A stretch of DNA of 58,916 nucleotides from Octopus bimaculoides (Eukaryota): assembly GCF_001194135.2 (NCBI RefSeq), contig NC_069003.1, forward strand, positions 37,557,092 to 37,616,007. The letters are read 5' to 3'. The translations under genes were made by a program, and so were the position numbers. The notes under the pieces were generated by a model. That model was given only the letters and a program-made list of their open reading frames with translations. It was not told where the DNA came from and did not search any database. Positions 37,801-50,024 of this stretch are shown in pieces (the stretch's first letter is position 1; the number at the start of each line of letters is the position of its first letter).

Positions 37801-40800
37801 AACGTGCGTACGTAAGTAGGTAGGAAATAACGAAAGAACGTACGAATGTACGTAAGAACGAACGAACGAACGAACAAACGAATAAACGTACTACGTAATT
37901 ACGACGGAACGAACGTACGTACGAAGGAACGAACGAACGTACATACGTATTACGTAGGCAGGAAAGAACGAAAGAAAGTACGTATGAACGAACGAACGTA
38001 CGTACATTCGAACGAACAAAAAACGAATAAACGTACGTACGTACTTACGACCGAACGAAGGTTCGTAGGAAGGAAAGAACGAACAAACGTACGAATGAAG
38101 GAACGAACGTACTTACGTTCGTACGTACGGACGAACGAATGAATTTACGTACGTACGTACGTATGAACGATCGAACGAACGTACGTACGTATGTACGAAC
38201 TAATGAAAGGACGAAAGTACGTACGTAAGTACGAACGATTCAACGAACGAACGAACGTACGCAATTAAGAAATAACGAAAGAACGTACGTACGTACGAAC
38301 AAACGAACGTACAAACGAACGAACGTACGACCGAACGAACGTACGTATGAACGAACGAACGAACGTACGTACGAACGAATGAACGTAAATATATACATAC
38401 GTACGTACGAACGAAAGAACTTTCGTACGTACGTACGTACGTATGAACGATCGAACGAACGTACGTATGCAGGTAAGAAATAAAGAAAGAACGTAAGTAG
38501 GTACGAACAAACGTACGTACGTAGGCAGGAAATAACGAAAGAAGTACGAACGAAAGTACGTATTACGTAGGGAGGAATTAACGGTAGATCGTACGTACGT
38601 ACGAACGAAGAAACGAAAGAACGTACGTACGTACGTGAGTACGAACGAACAATCGAACAAACGTACGTATTACGTAGGCAGGAAATAACGAAAGAACGTA
38701 CGTACGAACGAACGTAAGTATGAACAAACGAATTAAGGAACGATGGTACGTACGTACGTACGTAAGAATGAACGAAAGAACGAGCGAACGAAAGAACGAA
38801 CGAACTTGCGTATGTACGTTGTTACTTTCGTACGAACAAACGAACGAACGAGCGTACATACGTACGTACGAACGACCGAACGAACGTACGTACGAATGGA
38901 CGAACGAATTGACGAACGAACGAAAAAATGAAAGATCGAACGAACATACGAACGAACGAACAAACGAACGAACGTACGAACGAAAGAACGATTGAACGAA
39001 CGAACGTACAATCGAACGAACGTACAATCGAACGTACGTACGTATATACGTACGTACGAACGAACGAAGGAACAAACGAACGTACGAACGATTGAACGTG
39101 CGTACGTACCTAGGAAATAACGAAAGAACGTACGAGCGAAAGAACGAATGAATGAACGTACGAACGAACGAATGAACGATCGAACAAACATACGAACGAA
39201 CGGAACGAACAAACGAATAAACGTACGTGCGTAATTACGATGAACGAACGAACATACGTACGTAGGAATGAACGAACGAATGAACGTACGTATTACGTAG
39301 GCAGGAAATAACGAAATAACGTACGTACCTAAGAACGAACGTACGTACGTAAAAACGAACGAGCGTACGTATGAACGAACAAACGTGCATACGTACAAAC
39401 AAACGAACGAACGTACGTGCGAAGGAGGGAAAGAACAAACGTACATACGTACGTATAAACGACCGAACGAACGCACGTACGTAAGTACGAACGAATGTAC
39501 ATATATACGTACGTTGGTACGAACGAACGTACGTAGGAACGAAGGTACGAACGAATGAACGTACGTACGAACGCACAATTGAACGAATTAATGATCAAAC
39601 GTACTTACGTAAATAAGAACGACCGAATTAACGAACGATCGTACGTACGTACGTACGAATGAACGAAAGAACGTACGAACGTACGTACGTACGTGCTAAC
39701 GAACGAACAAACGAACGTATGTACGTACAAAAGAACAATCGAACGAATTAAAGAACGAACGTACTTACGAAAGTACGAACGAACGAATTAACGAACGATC
39801 ATACGTACGTACGAATGAGCGAAAGAACGAACGAACGAACGTACGTACATAAGTAGTTACGGTCGTACGAACGAAAGACCACACGTGCGTACAAACGGAC
39901 GAACGTACAAACGGACGAACGTACGATCGAAAGAACGATTGAACGAACGAACGTACAATCGAACGTACGTACGTACATACGTGCATAGTACGTACGAACG
40001 AACGAACGTACGTACGTACGAATAGACGACCGAACTAACGAACGAACGAAAAAACAAACGATCGAACGAACATACGTACGAAAGAACGATTGAACGAACG
40101 AACGTACAATCGAACGTACGTACGAACGAACGAAGGAACAAACGAACGTACGAACGAACGATCGAACGTTTGTACGAACGTACGTAGGAAATAACGAAAG
40201 AACGTATGAACGAACGAATGAATGAACGAACGTACGAACGAACGAATGAACAAACATTCGTACGTACATAAGAATGAAGGAACGAACAAAAGAATAAACG
40301 TACGTACGTAATTACGACCGAATGCACGAACGAAGGAACGAACAAACGTATGTACGTATTACGTAGGCACGAAATAACGAAAGAACGTACGTACGTACGA
40401 ACGTACAAACGTACGTACGAACGGACGAACGTACGTATGATCGAACGAACGTACGTACGTACGAAGAAACAAACAAACGAATAAACGTACGTACATACTT
40501 ACGAACGAACGTACGAACGAACGTACGAACGAAGGAATGAACGAACAAACGAACATACGTACGTACGTAAGAAAGGACGATCGAACGAACGAAGGAATAA
40601 ACGTACGTACGTAATTACGACCGAACGAACGAACGTACGTACGAAGGAACGAACGAACGAACGTACGTATTACGTAGGCAGGAAATAACGAAAGAACGTA
40701 CGTACCTAAGAACGAACGTACGTACGTAAAAACGAACGAACGTATGTATGAACAAACAAACGTGCGTACGAACAAACGAACGAACGTACGTACGAAGGAA

Positions 40801-41468
40801 AGAACGGACATACGAACGTACGTACGTACGAACAAACGAACGTTCTTACGTACGTACGGACGGACGAACGAACGAACGAACGTACGTAGGAACGAACGTA
40901 CAAACATACGTACAAACATACGTGTGTACGTACGTTCGTACCAACAAACGAACGAACGAACGTACATACGTACGTAGGAACGACCGAACGAACGTACGTA
41001 CGAATGGACGAACAAACGAATGAACGTACGAACGAAAGAACGATTGAACGAACGAACGTACGTACGTACGTACGTACATACGTATGTACGAACGAAGGAA
41101 CAAACGAACGTATGAACGAGTGGACGTGCGTACGCACGTAGGTAGGAAATAACGAAAGAACGTACGAGCGAAAGAACGAATGAATGAACGAACGTACGAA
41201 CGAAGGAATGAACGAACAAACATACGTACGTAAGTACGAACGAACTAACGAATGAACTTACGTACGTACGAACTAAATATCGTACGTACGTAATTACGTA
41301 TGTACGATCGAACGAACGAACGAACGAACGTACGTACGTAAGTACGTAGGAACGAACGAACGAACGAAAGAACGAACGTAGGAACGTACGTTCGTACGAA
41401 CAAAATAACGAACGAACGTACTTACATACGTACGCACGAACGACCGAACGAACGAACGAACGAACGTA
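28846..41468. repeat. Irregular 4-bp-period TTCG/TACG satellite, about 12.6 kb including gaps, in two opposite orientations
   Basis: TTCG-rich up to ~36590 and CGAA-rich from there to ~41468, with a local inversion at 29531-29685. Confidence 0.95.
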
Positions 41469-42655
41469 CGTTCTTGCACATTGTTGCGGCAAAAGGTACA
41501 TTCTTCGCCGGGCACGTATGTACAGGCCGTATGTACGAGCCGTATGTACGGGCCTGGGGCCGTAAGTACGTGCTCGGCGCCGCAAGAAAGTGCCCGGTAC
41601 TCCAAGAACGTGCCCGGCGCTGCAACAACCTGGCCAGCACCACAAGAACGTGCCTGGATCCACAAGAACGTGCCTGGGGCCGCAAGAACATGCCTGGAAA
41701 TGTAAAAACGTGTCTGGCCCCGCAAGAACATGCTTTGGGCCGCAAGTATGTGCCTGTCTCCGCAAGAACCTGCCCATGGCTGCAACAATGTTCGTGGGCC
41801 GCAAGAACGTAGCTGGTTCTGCAAGAACGTGCCCAGGGCATAACTACGTTCCCGGGGCCGTTACTACGTGCCTGGAGCAGTAACTACGTGCCTGTGGCCG
41901 CAAGTACGCTTCCGGGGCCGTAAATACGTGCCCGGCGCTGCAATAACGTTCCCATCGCCGCAAGAACGTTCCCGGCACCACAAGAACACACCCGGAGCTT
42001 CAAGAATGTACCCGGTACCGCAAGAACGGGCCCGGCGCCGCAAGAACGTGCCTGGCGCCGCAAGAACATGTCCGGCGTCTCAAAAACGTGGCTCAAGTCA
42101 AAACTACGTGCCTGTGGCCGCAAGTACGTGCCTAGGGCCACAGGAACGTGCCTAGGGCCACAGGAACGTGCCTGGGGCCGTAAATATGTGACCGGGGCTG
42201 GAAGTACGTTCCTGGTGCCGTGAGTACGTGCCAGGCNNNNNNNNNNNNNNNNNNNNNNNNNNNNNNNNNNNNNNNNNNNNNNNNNNNNNNNNNNNNNNNN
42301 NNNNNNNNNNNNNNNNNNNNNNNNNNNNNNNNNNNNNNNNNNNNNNNNNNNNNNNNNNNNNNNNNNNNNNNNNNNNNNNNNNNNNNNNNNNNNNNNNNNN
42401 NNNNNNNNNNNNNNNNNNNNNNNNNNNNNNNNNNNNNNNNNNNNNNNNNNNNNNNNNNNNNNNNNNNNNNNNNNNNNNNNNNNNNNNNNNNNNNNNNNNN
42501 NNNNNNNNNNNNNNNNNNNNNNNNNNNNNNNNNNNNNNNNNNNNNNNNNNNNNNNNNNNNNNNNNNNNNNNNNNNNNNNNNNNNNNNNNNNNNNNNNNNN
42601 NNNNNNNNNNNNNNNNNNNNNNAAGATGCCTGGGTCCACAAGAACGTGCCTGGTG
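41468..42655. repeat. 20-bp minisatellite (consensus gcaagaacgtgcctggggcc), degenerate
   Basis: gcaag(a/t)acgtgcc recurs at ~20-bp spacing on both sides of the 42237-42622 gap. Confidence 0.92.
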
Positions 42656-42661
42656 CTTTCT

Positions 42662-43076
42662 TGCAGAAAAAAGTCCAATTGTCCTTTATTAGGATTTTGT
42701 TGCACCTGTAAACGTAGTGTACAGATGTATCATTAGTACTAGAACAGAGAATTATATTTATATAGGATGTAGTATTAACGTGAAACAGAGAATATATAAC
42801 CGTAGGTCCTCGTTTAGACTTAGACATAAGGCAAATAGTACGACATTGGCAAGTAAAATTTGGGAGTTAAAAGATAATGGTATTAATTTTAGCCTTAAAT
42901 GGGAAATTATAAGAAAAGCTCAACCTTATAGAAATAGTAGATATGGATGTGAATTATGTTCTATGGAAATATATGAAATTTTTAAACTTAGAAATAATCC
43001 TAATCTAACCAATAATAGATTAGACCTTAGGGTATCATGTGTACATTGCTCTACTCGCACTTTTAAATTTTTTTAA
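42662..43076 (+). mobile_element. Penelope-like GIY-YIG endonuclease domain, 5'-truncated and frameshifted (Naiad-like Cys pattern)
   Basis: CRKKSNCPLLGFC / NVVYRC...YIG...KQRIYN..SSFR...TLASKIWELK...WEII.KA..Y...CELCSME...NNR.DL...C.H, stop at 43074-43076. Confidence 0.88.
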
Positions 43077-44385
43077 AAATAGTTTTTATAAAGTAGCTAA
43101 AGTTATCAAATTATAGTATTTTAAATTCTACCATGGTCATCTAGGACTATCAATTAGCACATATTTTTAAATTGGAAATTGAACCTTTATAACATATATT
43201 CCTGATCTCTCACCTTAACATTTAATCTACTTGTGATAAATATGATTTCAACTTTACTCCATAGAAGATATTTTTTCACACCACTTCTGCTATTGCTGCT
43301 AGTTTTCTCAATGTGCATCTTAACCCTATCTAGCTTATAAGAATAGGAAATTCTCATAAGTTTTTACTTTATTTAATGCTTGACTTTAAAAGTATCATTA
43401 TTGTTGCTGTTATTACATTATTCCAGGGCTTACAGCAATAGTGTCTTGTTTTATTTTGTATTTTTAACTTAAATAATTATAATCCTTATGCCCTAAATTA
43501 ATCGAATCCTTATTCAATTAATATTCTTTAATTAGCCCAGGTTAACCTTGAAACAAATTCATGAATAATGAAACTTTTAATCAATTATCAGTTCCTGTAT
43601 TGAATATCCTTGTTATTTCCTAATATCTTTTTTCTTTTTTCAATCCCTTAAACCTTAGTAAACCCATTATTATGAACTAATATAAATCCTATACTAATTT
43701 TTTCTTCACATAAAAATAAAGCTTACCTATGTGTCTCCTAAATAGTATTATTATATATATCAGCTAAAATTTTTTTTAAAATAATTCAAAATAGTTTTCA
43801 TGAACCTAATATACTTAATACCCTTAGACTTTACACCCTATCTATAGCCCCTGAATTCAATACTGACATTACTTCATGATTTTTGTATAAACTAATTACA
43901 TCTCATTTTATTTTATTAACATACCTCTTATTGTGAAAATATTGGTTAAACTAATATTGATATCTGTAAAACTATACTGATACTCTATTCAGACTAAAGA
44001 AAAAAAACCTGTTTGACCCATATACCTAGGGTTTTAATTCCTCAACATTTTGATAGTAGTAAAATGACCTGGTGTCACTCTGACCAGGGAAACCTTTATA
44101 ATCTAATACATTTATAGCCTTGTCCATGCATACTGCTTACACCTTCCCTTTCCTTAGAAGTAATTGTCCCTTATGCTATCACCACTAGATAAGAGACAAT
44201 AAAATCAGAGACAGTTAGAATTTTTGCCTAGAATCAATTACTAGCCTGATAGACTCAGCTATGTCAAGATGGATTTATGTATTCTTCCTCCCACTTGGAT
44301 TTTTATGTATTCTTCCTCCCACTTGGATTTGAAATGTTGCCACAATTATAATATGTCTATTCTACTGTAATTTTCTGCATTTTCG

Positions 44386-44473
44386 TGCAGCTGAAGATTG
44401 CTCTACATATTGCATTTAATGTAATGCTCGCATTACTTAAATAAATGGAGTAGCATGAAACGTGCATACTGCA
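44386..44473 (+). ncRNA. Degenerate type I minimal hammerhead ribozyme (Penelope-type)
   Basis: Stem I tgcag/ctgca, CUGAAGA at 44391-44397, stem II tgct/agca with an internal gtaatg-ctcg-cattac hairpin, GAAA at 44457-44460, UA site. Mismatches at 10.1-11.1 (U-U) and 15.2-16.2 (C-A). Confidence 0.6.
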
Positions 44474-45337
44474 ATCATCTNNNNNNNNNNNNNNNNNNNN
44501 NNNNNNNNNNNNNNNNNNNNNNNNNNNNNNNNNNNNNNNNNNNNNNNNNNNNNNNNNNNNNNNNNNNNNNNNNNNNNNNNNNNNNNNNNNNNNNNNNNNN
44601 ATATATATATATATATATATATATATACATGCATACCTAGCAATCTATTTACTTATCTTTCTATCAATCGCTCTATCTTTTTTGTCTCTCTATCTATCTG
44701 TCAGTCTAGTTATGTGTCTATCTGTCTGTCTTTCTATTTATCTTTACATGTATCTCTCTATATGAATGCCTCTATTTATGTATGTCTATGTATACATCTA
44801 TCTATCTGTGTGTCTGTCTTTCTAGTTATCTATCGCCTTTTCTGTCTATCCCACTATCTATCCATCTCACCTACTATCTTTCAATTTATGTATCTTTATC
44901 TTTGTTTTTATCTATCTACACATCTATCTACCACACTATCTGTCAACCTACCTTTCTATGTGTCTATGTCACAAATAGGAAGAAGGTTTATTAACAATTA
45001 ATTATTCGTGACAGAAGCAGTATTAGTACAAAAAGATAATCATTAGATTAATACTGCTTCTATCATTAATACTTAATTTTTAATATGCCTGAAGGCAATT
45101 TATGACATTAGCTTCTGGAGAGATAATTGAAATTTGACAGGCAAGCAGCTACCTCATGCTTCCTGCTGAAGAGGTCCAAAAGACCAAAATTATGTGATAT
45201 GAAAATTCCAGTGTCCGTAGCAGCTGATTCTCACCTGCTTTGATCTATCTGAGTCCATTTATGCTTCAAGCACCTATATGAGAGGGTCCCTCAAGGCTAA
45301 TATTCAGTGTCCTATCATGGCAGCTATAATAAGTAGG

Positions 45338-45407
<70 letters not shown>

Positions 45408-45605
45408 NNNNNNNNNNNNNNNNNNNNNNNNNNNNNNNNNNNNNNNNNNNNNNNNNNNNNNNNNNNNNNNNNNNNNNNNNNNNNNNNNNNNNNNNNNNNN
45501 NNNNNNNNNNNNNNNNNNNNNNNNNNNNNNNNNNNNNNNNNNNNNNNNNNNNNNNNNNNNNNNNNNNNNNNNNNNNNNNNNNNNNNNNNNNNNNNNNNNN
45601 NNNNN

Positions 45606-45651
<46 letters not shown>

Positions 45652-46470
45652 TGTGTGTACATATGTAGATACATATGCATATACAAATGTGCACGGAAAT
45701 TGCACACGCAGGCAAATGCATACACACAGCCATTGCTTTAAAAACATTATTTTAAGATATTACATAAACAAACAACAATGCAATTTCATTAGGTTAGTTA
45801 TTAGAGTAACCTCACTTATATGAAGTTTAACATGTTTGGAATATTCTCACAAGAGTTAATTTTAAAAATGTGAGCTTAAAGGAGCTGTCCTTGTACATGT
45901 AGCTTACAAGGGCTTGTTTAAAGTTAAGCGTTTTCTTCAAAACTGTCAAATTATGTTTGACACATTCAAGCATGCAATATAAAAACAAACAAATTAATGC
46001 ATCTGATGCTTCATTGCTAGTGTTTTAAAGGGGAAAGACAAATAAACAAATACAAATAAATGAAAAGACAATATTCAAATATGTCCGCTTATGTTTATTG
46101 TGAAGTTTATTAACAAAGCCACACAAGAAGCTTGGATGTCTTTACAGATTGGAATCACATTTCACTCAGTAAAAATGCTCAGGTGTTGTCTTTTATACAC
46201 TTGTCTTTCACTCACTCACTCGCTCTCTCTCTCTCTCTCTCTCTCTTCCCTACTGTCTTGTTACATTTATGTATATGTGTATACATCCATAACCACACAA
46301 GAATGTGTTTGTGTATAAAGTCACACAGATATGTGTTTGCATAAGTGTATATTTATATATACATGTGGGCTTATATAATAAACACACATATATACAAGTA
46401 CACGAAGACAAACATATGTATACAAAGTCATATACACACACATTACATACAAGCATACAAACAAACATTT

Positions 46471-46517
<47 letters not shown>

Positions 46518-46700
46518 CTACAGAAATCAAATTCCAAAGTATTCTGGGTGTTTGGTGCTTCTTCAAAGTGGAATGTAATATAGCCAAGAGGTTTGAGAGG
46601 GTCTAGATTGGGAGGATGGCAAGTGAGAATTCCCAAAATGAAACAACTGGTTGTTTACCCATCAAATATTTGCTGATATCATTTGAAAAAGAAGCTGGAG

Positions 46701-46733
46701 TCACATGAAATCATCAGAGTCATTGCCAGAGTC
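46701..46733 (-). CDS. CCDC25: CCDC25 terminal coding exon (DSGNDSDDFM*)
   Basis: ttaacag acceptor; matches the conserved CCDC25 C-terminus GNDSD(D/E)FM. Confidence 0.9.
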   Translation of the reverse strand, partial: DSGNDSDDFM

Positions 46734-47005
46734 CTGTTAAAATAATAATTGTCAAATGAGTCACAATTATCATGTCATGGGGTAAGAAAGAAAACATGTT
46801 AACGCTAATTATTATACTTTTATAATAGGCACATGCATGGCTGTATAGCTGAGTAGTTTGCTTCCCCATCATATGGTTTTGAGTTCAGTCTCACTGCATG
46901 GTTCCTTAGGTGTCTTTTATTGTAGCCCTGAACTACTCGAAGTATTATGATTGCATTTGGTACATGGAAACTGAAAAAAACATATCATGTGTGTGTGTGT
47001 GTGTG

Positions 47006-48178
47006 TGCCGTAAAAACCCATATAATTTACACACTATTTTTTGCAAAAACAGAAATAAACTTTAGAGGGTGCGTAAATTACAGGAGTAGATTGTTTCCAG
47101 AATTTTTTAGAAATTTCTTTTTGTTGAAAAATGTCATACAAATGTAAACATTCATACCAGTATTTGACTCATTTAAGGTCAGAATAGGTTTTTACAGAAA
47201 AAATATAATGAAGTTAACTTTTATTTATGCTGGACGGTATAATGCTTGCTTTTTTCTGTATAAATTTACCAAAACCATTAAACGGTTAACTACTTTTTGA
47301 ATGGCCTGGGTCATATTTTACTGCATCTAGTGCTGACAACAACATCATAATTCATCCTTGCCTATGTAAACTCACTAATATGACTTAGCATTCCTACAGA
47401 AACTTTCATTTACCTTATATGGTGTTTAATGTTGTTTCACATTCATGTTGAATTATGCAGTAATTTTATGTTCTCTTCATAGAACATTTGTAATGTATAT
47501 ATTACCAGTTCTTTTGGTACAGATTTTGGCTATTCTTGTTTGTCTCCTCACAGACTTGTATATTCTAACAAGTTGCTTCTTAAATTTCACACCTCTCTTG
47601 TTCAATAAACACTGAGTTAAACTTTCAAAGGTGGAAAATCAGAGCTTGAGACAAGAAGACACTTTCAACTAATCAGAATTGTTTACATAATCAGTTTGAT
47701 TGGTCACCTTCCTGTGTCGGCTGAGTAAAGTGTCATCCAAGCTGATGTTTATTGGTAATTAAACTTATTTTGCAACACTTGTGCATATTTATCAGCTTTG
47801 TTTTTGTTGATAAGAATTATCAACAACTTTTCCTGTGATTGTGATTTGAGAAAACATACAAAAGTATGCTAAAGATCGGACCTCATCTCTTGTGGGCAAG
47901 AAATGTAAAATAAAGTTTATCATAAACAAGACAAACACTTTGTAATTTTATAGCTTTTATTTTTATTTAATGAAAATTTAATAAAATCTAATCATAAGTA
48001 AGTGAAATTATGCTAAATACAACTAAATTGAAAACCTTTTTCCCCTGGCCATATTGGTAATTCTGAAAACTTTGGGGTGTGAATTTTACACGAGTAGAAG
48101 CTTTTTTTAATAATTGTTATCCTGGAAATCACCTGTGTAAATTGCACAGGTGTGCAAATTACTTGGGTTTTTACAGTA
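47006..48178. mobile_element. Non-autonomous pogo/Tigger-like DNA transposon (~1.17 kb) with TIRs
   Basis: Left tgccgtaaaaacccatataatttacac versus reverse complement of right tactgtaaaaacccaagtaatttgcac. Confidence 0.7.
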
Positions 48179-48559
48179 TATACATTTATATGAGTGTGTT
48201 TGTGTAAGTGTGTCTTGACATCATGTGGAAATTGTAAATGAGTGCCAGTGTCACATAAGAAGTATCATACATTTCCAGTATTCTACGAAAACATTGGCCA
48301 TGGGGAAATATTACCTTGCTTGGAAACAGGTGATGGTTAGTGACAAGAAAGACATCAGGCCATAATACTTCAGTCTCAATAACTCCATCTAACCATGCAA
48401 GCATAAAGAAGTGGATGTTGACATGAACTTGAATGATTTATTTTCTAAGCAATTCTATTCTTCTCCCATTAATCAATGTACTACTTTGTACATAAACTTA
48501 TTTAGTTTTTTTCATTACTGTGACAATAATGAAGGAAATGCAAACATGTTATTTAGGGT

Positions 48560-49020
48560 AAAATGACACAAGCTGAAGATAAGAAAAATATCATTTGCTA
48601 TGAATGTTTTTTACATCAACAGCCTGGACCTTCTCATTTTGCAAGTAGATCTTCTGGTTCAGCTCTTTCATCATGTATACTGTTCATGAAGCCAAATCTC
48701 CTGGAAATAATCCAAATATGGACAAATGCCAAAGGAACTTGGCTCTATAACAATAAGTGGATAGAAACAGATTCTGCTGAATTTAGGAAGTTTATTGGAT
48801 TGATTATTCTTGTAGTTTACAAATGAAAGCATGAAACTGTTACATACATCCACATGTACATATATATTAATGATGTACACAAATACATCCAATATATAAT
48901 GATATTTGGACACCTAATTAAAGCTGGTCCTTTAAAATCAATACCTTTCATGCTCTTGATGAGCCCAGAGATATGGACACTTCCTATAAGGTTTCAAAAT
49001 CTATTAGATGATTGTTAAAC
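48560..49020 (+). mobile_element. piggyBac (PGBD-like) transposase fragment
   Basis: PGPSHFASR...LFMKPNLLEIIQIWTNAKG...WIETDSAEFRKFIGLIILVVYK, with RFQNLL downstream. Confidence 0.75.
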
Positions 49021-49332
49021 TTGATTTTTTATGTTGGCTACATAAATCTTGTGGAAAATACATTTGAAACTAAAAAAATTTACAAGACTTTAGCTCTCAT
49101 CTCACAAATAGAAAACATAAGAGTAAAATTTGTAATGCTCTGCTTTAGAGCAGAAGATGAACTAGTGTCATTGGTCAGCTGATGGAAAAATCACAAGTTT
49201 TCCTTTCTAAATGTCATCGCCAGAGATTTAGAATATGAAGTGTGAAACCTTGGGGCAGTAATACAGGATTGTGGGCCCCAGAGAGGAGATGTGATGTTTA
49301 CTTCAACTGGGGTAACCAGATGATGATAATGA

Positions 49333-49640
49333 ATCATCATCATCATCATCATCACCACCACGACCATCGTCATTTAATGTCCTCCTTCCATGCTGGCATG
49401 GGTTGAACATGGCAAAAGACTGCACCAGACTTCTGTATCTGTTTTGGCATGGTTTTTATTGCTGGATGCCCTTCTTAACACCAGTCACCCTGTAGAGTGG
49501 GCTGAGTGCTTTTTACGTAGCACCAGCACAGGCAAGGTCAGTTTTGACATGGTTTTTACAACTAGATGACCTTCCAAATGCCAACCACTTTACAGTGTGG
49601 ACTGGGTGCTTTTCAAGCGGCACTGGCACAGTCACCAAGT
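49333..49640 (-). mobile_element. (GAT)n-tailed retroposon
   Basis: catcatcat...catttaatgtcctccttccatgctggcatgggttg family motif. Confidence 0.7.
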
Positions 49641-49978
49641 AATTTTGCAAGACAAGAAGTCTTTGAGAGTGCAGGGAGCATTAGAAGAGGTGATCTTATG
49701 TTGGATGATGAAAAATTAGAGTGTGACGGAGAGACAGAAACAGTTGTCTTGCTGTAGAGAAGGTACATGGTTACCCAGCCAGAGAGAGAAAGGGTGGGAG
49801 TGAGAGTTAACAAGAAAGGGAGCAAAAACAGGTGCGCTGCTGTAAAGGAGATACATGGTCACCTAGCAGAAGGAAAGAGCAAGAGGAGAAAGAGAGAGGG
49901 AGTGATCAAGAATGAGGGCCAATGATAATGATTTACTAAAAACCTTGAGTTATACAAAAGTTAAAAACCACAACTTAC

Positions 49979-50024
49979 GAAATTTGATGTCATGTTTTCT
50001 GGTTTCATCAGAGACGCATAAGAC
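49979..50024 (-). CDS. CCDC25: CCDC25 exon (R/SYASLMKPENMTSNF)
   Basis: ctgcag acceptor, gtaag donor, 46 nt; homologous to SYSSLMKVENMSSN. Confidence 0.92.

Noticed and set aside
28757-41340. Dozens of long RSFVRTYV / NERTNERT ORFs (up to 533 aa)
   Set aside because: A 4-bp repeat lacking stop codons opens all frames on both strands; there are no splice or codon signals.
26630-42655. Satellite block as a telomere
   Set aside because: No TTAGGG tracts were seen, and genes flank the block on both sides in this assembly.
41294-42705. ORFs with a 20-aa periodicity (RARSCGPRHVLAAPGTFL)
   Set aside because: This follows arithmetically from a 20-bp unit cycling through three frames every 60 nt; it is open on both strands and has no expression evidence.
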